Below are positions 23,101 to 34,700 of a stretch of DNA of 58,472 nt, in pieces. The translations under genes were made by a program, and so were the position numbers. Position 1 is the stretch's first letter. Each line of letters starts with the position of its first letter. The notes below the pieces were generated by a model. That model saw only the letters and a program-made list of their open reading frames with translations, did no database searches and was not told the origin of the DNA. The stretch comes from Phoronis australis. Its lineage: Eukaryota > Animalia > Phoronida. The stretch lies in assembly GCA_002633005.1 (NCBI GenBank), contig NMRA01001084.1, forward strand, positions 1-58,472. Reading direction: 5' to 3'.

Positions 23101-26100
23101 TTAATCCTGTAACAAGAATTATGTTACGCACGTAATTTAACGGCGTAACGTTCACCCGTTTGGCCAACGATACATCATAGGGTAACAAGAGATTCTAGAA
23201 GTACATGTCTATAACTAGCTAAGCTTTAAAACAGCGAAATAGCTCTCAAAAAGTAGTATGTCGTGAATGTCTTAAAATCGACCAAGAAACAAATTAGCAG
23301 AAAATATGATTGTTATCTGCTATTTTGGTGTACTTGCTAGCATAGTAGGGTAAGGTGCAGGCATTTCAAATTTAGAATTGAAGGTGATCGTCAAATGATT
23401 GTTGTTCATCCAATATCCACTTTCATTGTGGATTGATGGACTGACATGCGTGCGGGTGTACACATGTGTGCGTTTTCATTCTTTTAAATCCAGCAAACGC
23501 CGACGGTAAGTTCCCTATAGGCAGTCTTCTGTCGTTGCTCAAACAAAAACCAGACTTTAACTACCGTGTGTTCTTGCACTGAGGAATCGAGCATGATCAC
23601 AGTATTGGGGAAAAGCAGGTCTAGACCTAATGAAACTTTTGTCAATGAAGAAAGTGTTCCCTTGTCCATCAATGACAATGGTACACAGCCTCGCAGACCT
23701 CATACGAGCAACAAACTTGATCGAAAAGGTTACGTGTCGCTATTCCGAAGGTTCACATCTCGGAAAATCCACTACACTGAAGTTTCACTACTCCGACAAT
23801 TCATTATTCTGATTGTCTGCTAATGAGTAGGCACTGACATGAATGAAATATTGTTTTTGTATCCATTTAGTAACCATTTAAAAGGTATGCAAGAGTGAAT
23901 AGTTCTTAAAACATTGATTACATTGTTTACAAAATTAATGAGCTTTTTACAAATGAGCTTAATTCCAATCACTGCCAATCGTGATTTCTAGAATCTAACT
24001 AACGACTCATTCTCAAGCAGGGACCTACCCGTTCCAAACGCCGCATCACCATTCAAGAGTCTATAAAATGCAAGCTGCTACAGGTTTGCAGCTCACTGTA
24101 ATATATTACTACAATACATTATACACCGTAACACTCTTCAACGAGTCCTACAAGCGACAATGTGTGCCGACAATGAGAAGGCCTTTTCTTTGAGCAACGA
24201 GAACAAGTGTGAAGTCGCTTGACCTAAGAGTTCTGGGATAGCAGTACTTTCAGTGAGGCTGCCATTTTGTAAATTCGGCGAGAAATGCAGATTGCCGTTA
24301 GTCTCAAAGCTAAATAATTAAGGAAAAACTTGGCAACAAGAGTAAACATCGACTTGATCCTGGAGCGCACTGTAACACGTATGTAGGACTCGTTGCAGAG
24401 TGTTACGATGTATAATGTATCGTAGTAATACATTACAGTGAGCTGCAAGCATGTAACGGCTTGTATTCAATAGACTCTTGAATGGTGTTACGGCGTTTGG
24501 AACGGGTGCACGGGTGCCTGAACGGACAGCATTTGGGGCACGGGTCAGGGCTGCTGCGACCTGAAGACTGAATGGGACTCTCTGACTTTGTGCAAACTTG
24601 CATGGACAGGGTAGCCTTCTAAGTACGTTTAGTTTCGACCACTTCCGTAGGGTGAGTTAATTATTCGTCAATATCCCTGCTTCGTATTCTTTTGAAAGGA
24701 TACTAAACCCTGTGATGATTTCCACTAATCCTCGTTCTGTCACCTGCTAATGCATCACTGGCATCAATCTTCCAAGTTAAAAGTATACCAAACCTTGTTT
24801 TTTCCTATTAACGCATACTAAAAACGACTTTCCCATCCAGTTATCTGAAACGAGTTAATGCTCGGCTCGACGACCACCTAAAGTTTTGAGGAAAATCAGA
24901 AAACTCCTTACAAATTCTGCTAAAGGGGCAAGCGTGACCTACGCTTTTAGAGAGTTACGCGGCATTAGCGGTCAATAGGTCAAACCCGGATTTCCTTTTA
25001 AAATGTAAGAACGTACTTAGTTTTCCATATTCGTACGACATGCAGGCAATTTTGTATGCGCATGAAATCAATAGTACACGTGCGTTGTTTTCGGTACATG
25101 ACAGCGTTCTCCCGTTAAGTGACTTTACCAGATGCAGAGGCAGAGAGGGTTGTGAGCGTCTGATAACATCGAGCTCCTTTGTTAACTGCCAAGCACAGTC
25201 TTTTATCTGGTATGACAACAGGCAGATCAATTATCTGCCAGGCTTATTAGAGACCACATGTGAACACAGTCAAACCTGGCAAGAGTGAATTGGTACGTTC
25301 GGAAAGAATAGATTGCCGTAACTTCGGTTGTAGTTGGGCGACTCAAAAACTAAACATGATCAGCATTTGACGAGGAATTCAGAAATACTATTGGTTTATG
25401 TTCAGATATGTTATAACTTAACTTTTGTTTTTAACAGCACATTCGAGTCAGGTTAGATACGATCTTATTGGAGATTAGAGCAATTATCGAACAAAAGAGA
25501 GCTGCATGTGGCCCTCCAACCTTAAATGCCAGAATGGAGTTAATCAGTCGTGTAAGATATTGGCTACAGGGGTCATCTTTCCAACTTGTTGTCAGTGGGC
25601 TGTAGAATCGTACAAGTTGGGATCAACGGGAAAACGCCGTAATTATACATGTAGTACACCATTCGGCGCATCTAATAACCGAAGTATTGTTTAATTTTTC
25701 ATGCAAAACTATAAAAGTTAAACCTGGGTTCGAAAATTTAGATATTTTCGGAGTAGCGAGCCTTCGGAGTAGTGAACGTTCAGAATAGTGTGCTGTGCCC
25801 ATTTCCAGCGATGTACGTAACACACAAAAATAAAACCAGATAAAAATTTCGTCAAGTCATTCTCAGACTAAAATTTTCAGTCTGTGTATGTATTGAAGAA
25901 CACCTGATTTGAAAGTTTGGGGGGTCGATCTTTGCAAAATATAAAAGGTCCACTGTTCCAGAAATTCGAACCACCCCCTGCGCAATGCTGGCCGGGCTAC
26001 GGGCCTGAAAAGCATCAAGGAACTCTGAAGTTACAGAGGCAAACATAAGAAATAAAATTGCCACTAGGGAGCACAGCTGTAGTTGGATTGGTCTGAAACT

Positions 26101-29100
26101 GGCCGTCATCTGTTGTCATCTCCAAAGGAACACATCTGCGAAATTTTAGAAAGATCTTGCAAAGAGTAGAGCCGTGGACAAGAAAAAATAAAATTGCCAC
26201 GGGTTGAAGAGGGCAGAGTAGTTTAGATTTCTTGTGGTTAGAACACCGTTTTCTAGGAGTTCAAAGACACAGAGGACATCGAAAAAATAAAAATGCCACT
26301 AGAGGGGCACAGCGGTAATCGGTCCATCCAAATGTCATCGTTGCCGTTGTAAAATTCATATAAATACACTTGCCACATTTAAAAAAGATCCTGCAGAGTG
26401 TTTGACAGATACAGCCATAGACGCAAAAAACTGTCACTAGGAGGTGCCACAGTAGTCGGAGTGGTCTGAAAATCATCATCAGCCGTCCTCTTCACAGTAG
26501 AAACATATAAACACCAATTATCAAAATCATCATGAGAGTAGTTTGGTTGATAGACTGAGGGGCGGATGAAAAAATACTAGAAAACAGTAAAATGGCCATT
26601 AGATGGCGCAAAATACGTCTAATACATCCGAAAACTAGAACATGTCACCATTTCCGTAATAGAAAGATATTTACCAAATTTCATAAAAATTCGTCAAGGA
26701 ACTTCAGAGAAACAGAGGAAAACGAAAAAAATGAATTTGCCACGAGAGGGCACAGCGTTCGTCAGATCCGTCTGAAAGTCGTCGTCGTCCGTTGTCAACT
26801 TCATGCAAATACACTTGCTAAAATTACTAAAGATCCTGCAGTGGATGTAGGAGATACAACGCAAAAAATGCCACTTGAAGGCGCCACAGTGGTCGAAACC
26901 GTCGGAAAAAAATCATCAATGGCATATATGCCAATTTTCACAATCGTCCTTAGAGTTGTTTGGTTTGATAGAGGCCGGGGGCGGACGCCAAAAACAAACT
27001 CGAAACCACTAAAATGGCCACTAATTGGCACAAAATGCCTCGAATCCATCCGAAAACGGATAGATAGTATTATCTCACTAATAGGTGCCTATCTGCTAAA
27101 TTTCATGAAAATTACTTGCAGACCTTTGAGGATACAGAGGTGAACGTAAAATTGCCACTAGAGGGCACACCGGTAGGCGGCTCCGTCCGAAAGTTCGCTC
27201 ACCTCCATGAAAGGAACACGTGCAAAATTTCATGAACATACATCAAGGGGTTTTGGAGATAAAGCAGCGGATGCCGGACGGACGCCGAACGGACGGACGG
27301 GGATGACGGCATAACGCGCCCACTTGTAAATATGTGCGCGCAAAACTACATGTACTAACGTACTAACTAAGGTCTCTGAGAATATAGCAATAACTACAAA
27401 ATTAGATTCTGAGATAGTATCTATAAATAATTTCTAGGCTACAAAGCGCTGATAAGTACATGCCTAAACCTTTATTCAGGAATTGTGATGTGAGAGCGAT
27501 AGAACACAATTTTTACTTAAGTCTTCAAGTCAGTTTTCATGAACACATCCCAGGCCTTTACCTGACAGAATATTGCATTATTTAAACAGTCCTTAAGATC
27601 GTTCGTTGTTGAAATGAGCTTGTACTGGTCCTCAGCGCTGAGAGTCCCTCTCAGTTGGCCAGATTCAGATAGTCTGTTCAGCTGACCCTGGATTTCATCC
27701 AGTGCACTCTGAACTTGTTTTGGCTCAATATCATACAAAGAGACGTCATACCCACCAGAGGCGAAGATCATGGCGAAACTGCGCCCAATCAAACCGCTGA
27801 AATTTCAAAAAAGGCAAATGTCACTGCATTGGTACAACAACAATCAGGGCATGTCAAAAAATTGTCAAATAATGTTCCAGATAATATTCATATGAGTCGT
27901 TTCAGGATTAATATTTTGTCTTCTAGCTGGTAGATTCGAAACGGGGATGAATGGCAGCAAGTTATGAAAAAGTACATGAATGGGAATATTGGCTTTTGAT
28001 AACATGACGAATGACATCCAGTGAACAACATGCAAACAAGTTGGTGACACCTAAAAGTCACTTGGAGTTTTTAACTAAAGTTGAGGGTACTCCTGTAGAA
28101 CTGATTCACGGAATGTGCAGCTCATGTGATGACTTTTTAATTCTCTACAAAAGGGTTTCCATTAATTTCTAAAGGAACCGGTTGCAAAAGATGAACTTGA
28201 CGTGAAATCTCTTGATACTGGGGCTAAAAAACAGCTCAGTGGCCAGAAAACAAAGATGTGAACTTTTTCATGGGAGTTCCCTATAAATGGGTACCTTTTT
28301 CGAATTCACTCTTTGAATGGGTAGGACAGATCCCAATTTTGTATTTGCACCCTCGTCAAAAGAATAATCGAGTTTTCCCTGATTAAAAATTAGTCTTGCA
28401 GATAAACTGGCAGACTTGGCCTGTCTGGGCAGGGCCTAGGTTGAGATTCCAAAGGGTCACTAGTCCGAAGGGTCAACAGTTCAAAAAATATTTAGGACTA
28501 TAAGCCCTTTGGACTAAAAGATCATACATTTAACTTTCTTTAATTTAGCTGTTATCTAATCACTGATGTTCGTTAGTTCGATGGGCCGGTAGTCTCAGGG
28601 GTTTTTGATAGTTCGAAATATCTTATTTTTTTAATTTTGAGAATCGCTTTTGGTTGGTAGTCCGAAGGGTCATTGCTCCGATGGACCGATTGTCCGAATC
28701 TGGAGAAAGTACAAAAAAGTGGTTAAATTTCGTTAATAAGAAAATAAATGCATAACAAGTATTAATCTTTTACGACATTGATAAAATGCATTCCACCTCA
28801 ATCCGAAGCTAGCTTCTAAGAAGGACGTGAAATATTTTAGTGAAATTGACTGGTATCCTCCAAATATCGTCAGCTGCTCTATTTGTCTTTCAAATAACTT
28901 ATTCTCCCACTTCAATTTGAACACCTGCTTCAATATCGCCCCCCGAGCGAGTGCTTTTACTGAAGAAACATGGAATTAAAAGCATTCTTTCGAAATTAAC
29001 CGGTTATTTTCTGAATGTTAGGCATAACTGCGCGCAATTTATGCAAGGTATTTGTTTTGTTACTCCATCAACATTATAATAGTCTACTTCCGGTGCTAAC

Positions 29101-29891
29101 CGGCGCAGGACCCAACGCCGCCACGGCGACATCGTTTAATTTTCGCGGCACCGGGAAAATCCATTGAATGTCACCGACTGCATAGAAGGTAGGGAACTGT
29201 TGTCTGCTTGCGCTTAAGATTTTTTTTTCATTTATGAGCATGAAATGGTGTGTTTTCCAGACCTTCGAACTATCGGCCCTTCGGACACATGGCTTCTCGA
29301 ATTATTGACCCTTCAGACCCAATGGCTTGTCGGACTATCGAGCTGACCCGCCTGCGTATAGGAAGCTGATATTTTCTATATCCTCATAGTGGCTTTGGAC
29401 GTCTTTCATTTTTAGTTGTCAAAGTCACCGGATAGAAGGGTCTCATTACATAAAAATATTCTTTACAAATAGTAGAAGAGCATTTTGTGCAACAACATTC
29501 ATACCTGCGATCGCCATGGCACCGAAACACTAAAAAATCTCAGCTTTGAAGAAAAAGCTGTAAGGTAAGCAGGCCTAAACTCTTTTGAATTGGTCAATCC
29601 ATGTTCCTTGATCCCCTTTAACTTCGATCTTCAGTTCAAGGTCACTAAATTTCAAGTTTTTGAGCTGAAGAAAAACTGTCAATTCTTTTCAAGTCTAGTC
29701 AGAAATCATAGCTATTCTCAACAATTCAGACCAATTTCATAATCACCGGTAAGTGGCCTAAATCAAAACGCGCGTATTTATATGAACACAGTAAAGTAAA
29801 TCAAACTTTTTACAGAAAGCACGAGCCGTATGACATACCTTCCTACAATCGCGACCTTTTCATTTTTAACACCACCACACTTGGTAGCCAT
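17142..29891 (-). CDS. CRYL1: Lambda-crystallin homolog / L-gulonate 3-dehydrogenase, paralog A (321 aa); coding exons 29891-29839, 27796-27562, 21389-21228, 19982-19788, 19482-19377, 17356-17142
   Basis: All junctions GT-AG and phase-compatible (966 nt including stop). Rossmann motif KVAIVGSGLIGRS; ECVPE; SSSTS; HP-TNPPYY.PLIE; GFVLNRLQ; [11 protein letters not shown]; C-terminal RRQWRDKR. Probable non-coding first exon with donor near 31190. Confidence 0.93.
22860..23179. mobile_element. MITE with TATG...CATA ends and ttacgccgcaaat subrepeats
   Basis: Internal inverted repeat cgctgttaaattacgtgcgtaa (22909) / ttacgcacgtaatttaacggcg (23124); terminus related to 13467-13482. Confidence 0.6.
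24028..24506. mobile_element. ~480-bp foldback MITE with ~125-bp inverted arms
   Basis: 24028-24151 (cccgttccaaacgcc...acgagtcctaca) is the reverse complement of 24382-24506 with scattered mismatches. Confidence 0.85.
28440..29350. mobile_element. Degenerate element with inverted arrays of short gtccgaagggtc / gacccttcggac subterminal repeats
   Basis: tagtccgaagggtca motifs at 28460 and 28658; reverse-complement motifs clustered at 29262-29350. Confidence 0.5.
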
Positions 29892-31265
29892 GGTTGAGAG
29901 TCCTGCTAAGGCTTAATGAACTGTGGATAGCTGGAACATAAATTATAACCGTAAAGCTTCCTTTTGTTCGAACCCTCCTTTTTTACGAACACCCTCTCCG
30001 ACGGGTGAAAAGAATTTCTATCCTTTCCGAACAAGTCCCACTTGGCACATTCCATGCTATTCAGTCGGGATACAATCATCCATGGAGAAATGGTCAGTGA
30101 TAGGTACTACATCAAATAAACAAAAAAATAAGAAAATAGAAAACAGAAAAACAAAGAAAATAAAATACAATAAAAATGATTAAAGAATAATATTGTGGAG
30201 GAATATCAAAACATAGTATAGATTTGAACCGCATTTTACAGTAGGGCTGGATCATCCAAAAGACAACATTGTCTTTGTGTTCAGATAATTTTGTGAAGCA
30301 CATATAACCAACACAAAGTGTTCCTTAAATAAAAAGAATCGGTTAAAAGCTAAAAAGTGCGGGTCGAAGAATGGCACGGTCCTTAGGAACATACTATATT
30401 ATTTTAAAGTCTTCACCATTTCAACCACGATCCTTTTTATGGACATTATTGCTTGAGTCATCCATTGCGAGACTTGTTTTGCATTTTTTAGGTTTAGGCA
30501 AACAAAGTGTTTAAGAGCAAACAGGAGCCAACGGCAAAAACTTCAGAAATTGTGCATGACTAGATGGGTAAAACACGTTGCGTTTGACGGTCTTCCTCAG
30601 CCCGTTTCCCCAGGTATCTTGTGACACATAATTCAAACGTCGAGGAATTGAATGAAAGGAAACGAATAAAAAGCAACTTATATTTAATTCACGTTTCAGG
30701 CTACGTCTTTACAGATCGCCCAGACTGCAGAACACTGATCAGTATTTAGCAGTTGCTGCCCATAATCTGACTTCGTCATTATACTGGTGATAGTCAACAT
30801 AAATTCAAGGTGTGCAGATATACCAACGCAAAAGTAGGTGACATACATATGCCACAAAATGACTCGTGTGACTCTTATGTTGCCCGCACCTCATGAATAT
30901 CGTAGATCCGATACTGTCGCTAAATTCAGTGTTCGCCGATGACCAGGGTTTCACTACCGGGACGGTGGTCTTTCTTGAGACCCCCATTTCTCGTCTTCCG
31001 GCCGTTACACAGGTTTCCTCAGCTTCTGATCGTCCCCAATACACTAACTAATACTACAAGGTATGACACCCCCGACCAGAAATTCCACGTTTGCTTCATT
31101 TCAGCCGTCCATATCAAACACAAAACTTAACAAATTTACACAAAACAAGGTTTCAACAAACCATTAGCAATTGTTCTTTCCTCCAATACCTTTCACGGTG
31201 TCCTGCTCCAGCGAGATCGCAACAAATGTAGCGGTCAAAGCACAAAAATGTCCTTGGATGGTTCG

Positions 31266-31278
31266 AGGTCAATGACGG
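31266..31278. promoter_or_regulatory. Imperfect IR1 nuclear-receptor element upstream of the putative CRYL1-A first exon
   Basis: AGGTCA-A-TGACGG about 77 bp from the minus-strand donor at ~31190; mirrors the perfect IR1 at 49433. Confidence 0.35.
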
Positions 31279-32619
31279 TACGACAATTGCCGATTTGTCA
31301 CGGAGCATACATGCGCAAACCCACTGATCCGGAGAATGACTTCGGAAGGGTATTTTATCTTCAAATTAAAGGTTAAAGTAAGATCTCATCGACATATGTC
31401 GTATTTGTGTATCATGCTTCTGTTTTAAGACAAAAACTACTTGGCGATTGAAACTACTACACACGAGTATGCGTATTTACTGTATTTTATTGACATGTGA
31501 GCAAGGAGTGTAGACGTATACTTACGGTATATACTCCTTGATGCAATAGTACTGTGGGCCGATGGCCTCGAGTATGAATAAATGTTCCTTCATCTATATG
31601 TGTCGTATTTAGCCAAATACATACAAAACAATAGATACTAACTGGGTAAAAGTATACAATGTCTGAAAGTAGAAGTCCTTTAGAATTTGATTTTTGACTT
31701 TATATACCAATCTCAGGCCCGTAGGAAGGAAAAATATGGGGGGGGGGGGGGAGGACATAAACCCCCTTGCTATCGCCACCCCCTCCTCCCCGTTCTCTGG
31801 ATGTCACCATATTTGTACCGACACCCCCCACACGTCCGCCGTATGTGGGGGTAATACCGGGGATGCAGCAATCACGATTTGAGTAACTTGAACCAACAAA
31901 GTTTCGGGTCACGGAGAGTAAGAATGGGTCTAGGGCCAAAGCACTGACGGGTAGCTGGGAGCCTCCTGAAGTAATTATAGCTGGGTTTCAACAATGGATT
32001 CGTACCTATTCCTCTGCTCTGGGTGGAAGGTCAAGGTTTGTTTTATTATGATACTGTTTCGGGGAAAATTTCAATTTATTATGGCCATTCTTTGAAGTAA
32101 TTTTTTGGAAAGGTGAGGTCCCAAGGTGCCTGGTATGAGTGCCTCTGTGGCCGTTTCAAAATCCCTAGATGAAACACTGCCGGTATCCAATTTGTTCTGG
32201 TTGCTGGGGAAAATGATACAGAGTGTGCCCCAAAAATGTACACACTTCAACGTCTGGAGTTCAAATTCAGTTCCCGTGGGTAACTGACATTCAACGCAGA
32301 CCTACTACATGGTTAACGTGGGTGTGCAAGTCATGACGTGCTCCGTGCTTGCGCGCTCCCATAGAGGGGGGGGGGGAACCGTACGAGCCCTCCCCGTTTT
32401 GGTAAAGTGGGCAAAATGGTCCGCGTCAAAGACACAAAAAGTCCGAGAAAAACGATACAAAAATCCACTAAGACAGGAATTCGGCGTATGCACAATTCAT
32501 AGCCCTGAACAAGTCCCGTATTCCGTCTATTTTGTTTCATTAGTAAAAGGTCGACATCCACAAAAATCGAGTTTTCCTTTTAGGCTGGGTGAGCGCATGC
32601 CGTGTGTGTAGTATGCACG

Positions 32620-34700
32620 GGAAATGCAAGCAAACGACTCAGTTTTGAAGAACAAAAATTCATTGCACAATACTACTGAAAACTAAAAACATCAAGGAAG
32701 TGCAAAGAGAACCTTTTCAATTTGATGACCGATGACTTAGATTTTATTTGTTTAAGTAATTAAACGTCTTTTTGAATCTGCGGTTTGTAAACTTAAACCC
32801 AGTAATCTAGTTCCTTAGCCAAGAAACAATTTACTGTCATTCGAAGTGTGAGAACATTTTGGGACACTTTGTAGAGCTGTCCGAAATCCATCAATTTCCT
32901 TGAGACTTATTTCAAATAGACAGAAATCATTTAGTGTACTTTTATATTGGGGGATCTGATGATAGATCCAAATTTTCCAGTGTCGGCCTGCAACTAACTT
33001 CATTGAAGCATTGCCATTTATAACAAGATAAGCTTCTAACTGCAAAAAATCAGCTCTTAATCAGCCCATTTTCATAGATACATAAACATGTAAATTAGAA
33101 ACCAACAATCGAATCCATAAACAATGCGCTTACCTTGATTTAAGGACTCAATTCCTTTTTGATCCCGTTAGTGAGTTTAAACAACAAATCTTGTACCGAA
33201 GTCAAAAATGCAATATTGTCATTTGAATTGTGAGTAAATTTTTGGGAAGTGTCCTGTCCAAACATCATCAATGTCCTTGAGAATTATTTTAGACAGGCAA
33301 AAAGCGTCCAAGTGCACTTAACTGTTTGGGGATCGGATTATACTAGTTTTTTCCATATTCAGGCTTCAACTTAATTCCTTGAATCGTAATCATTTCTTAA
33401 AACACTAGCTTGCAATTGCCAAAAATCATCTATTAACCTATCAGTTTTCGTAGATACATAAACATGTAAATCAGAAAGCAACGAATTTGTTGATCAAAAC
33501 GGAATGTTATAAGCATTTTCCGCAGGCATGCTCGCAGATTTTTGACGAGAAACCGGGGGAAAATGGGAGATTGGGCATTCATAGTAAGGCGTATTTTTGT
33601 TCCTTTCCGAGGTAACTATAACGGTTCACTAGTTAAACTTGACCTAAAAAAAAGCTGAAATATTTATTTATCTTTGCGAATGTTTGAGTACACTCGTTCG
33701 ACATGTACACTGTCACCCCAATGGTAGCCTTGACAGCAGTGTTTTCCACACGTGGGAATTCCTTACCAACAACTCGAGAGTAGCCATTTTCAAAATGAAT
33801 ATCATTCTTGCGATACTATGGGAAACAGTAACATTATTCCGTAAGTAACCATAGGAAATAGTTCTTTTGTGTAAGTAACAAATAGCAGTCTTCACGTTCT
33901 TCAAAATTCCACCCTTTCGATGGCGGTCAATCCTTTGGTATTTTTTCACATGTTTTGGTTATTTGGGTCGAATGTCTTGATATAGCGGTGATGTGCACAA
34001 ATGTTTTGTGTTTTTTGATGAATTTGGAATCTCAACTTCCCTCGTGAAAACTAGGCAGTGTCGAATTTACACGTATAGAGGAACAAAGGGACATTTCTCC
34101 GAACTGCTCCACCGAGAGAGGGTGCCGTCTGAAATGGGACACCTTAATTATGAAAGGCTAAACATCGTTAAGCTTGGAAAGGAGTGACAGTTCATTCCAC
34201 CGTCGTGTGGTCACAAGACTTTGCAGTCGGTTGCACGATTTCACAAAAAACAGGAAACTAAACGTAATCGAGTCCAACTTTGTGCCCTCTCTCCGTGGTC
34301 ACTTGAATGTCATCAATGGCCTTCTTCAAGGGTGGGGCCCTTCAATATGAAAATATCTATATTTTGAAAAATCTGTCAGATAATCAATTTTTCTCAAGTG
34401 ATACACAATTCGAGAAAAAAAACGACTGTTGTCTCCGTAATCCCTTGCCAGAGAGGGGCGTCTGGAAAAATGTGGTTTTGTAGTCGCAAAATTGACTTAT
34501 TGAATTTAAAAATCCAGTAAATTAATACGCTCCGCAAGGCGGCTTCATTTTACATTTTTTTTTTCGATTTTTCGAAATATATGCATGAATCATTACGATG
34601 CAGAGTTGTTAAATGTTCTCTGGAATTTTCTCTATCTGCATTTAGCAGTCTTTCTTTTCTAGACTGCCCCCCACGCGTATGTCGGTTGTCACGGTTTAAC
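32620..34700 (-). mobile_element. Highly decayed DNA-transposon remnant with a possible THAP stub and an internal duplication
   Basis: The minus strand at ~34240-34170 reads ATDCK...GMNCHSFP (THAP-like start, disrupted). 32850-33105 resembles 33240-33480. The region ends at ...gtcacggtttaa. Confidence 0.35.

Larger units (their letters stand above)
22608..26007. mobile_element. 3.4-kb non-autonomous TIR DNA transposon with 5-bp TSD (hAT5-like)
   Basis: TIR CAGGCCCGTAGCC / GGCTACGGGCCTG; AAAAG at 22603-22607 and 26008-26012. Excision restores the host repeat core ccaatttcacgaaaaagcatcaaggaac. No transposase recognised. Confidence 0.8.
22012..27345 (+). mobile_element. HINE/Helentron-like element in CRYL1-A intron 2, interrupted by 22608-26007
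   Basis: 5' end gcaacgcagagcgttgaaatgcgcccaca; core repeats (aattgccactag, gccactaggaggc); ggacggacgg microsatellite and 3' hairpin cgcgcccac...gtgcgcg near 27315-27340. Confidence 0.7.

Noticed and set aside
26592-27143. 183-aa ORF and similar ORFs at 42022-43078 and 52758-53425
   Set aside because: They lie within HINE tandem units, frames are not preserved between copies, and no domain was recognised.
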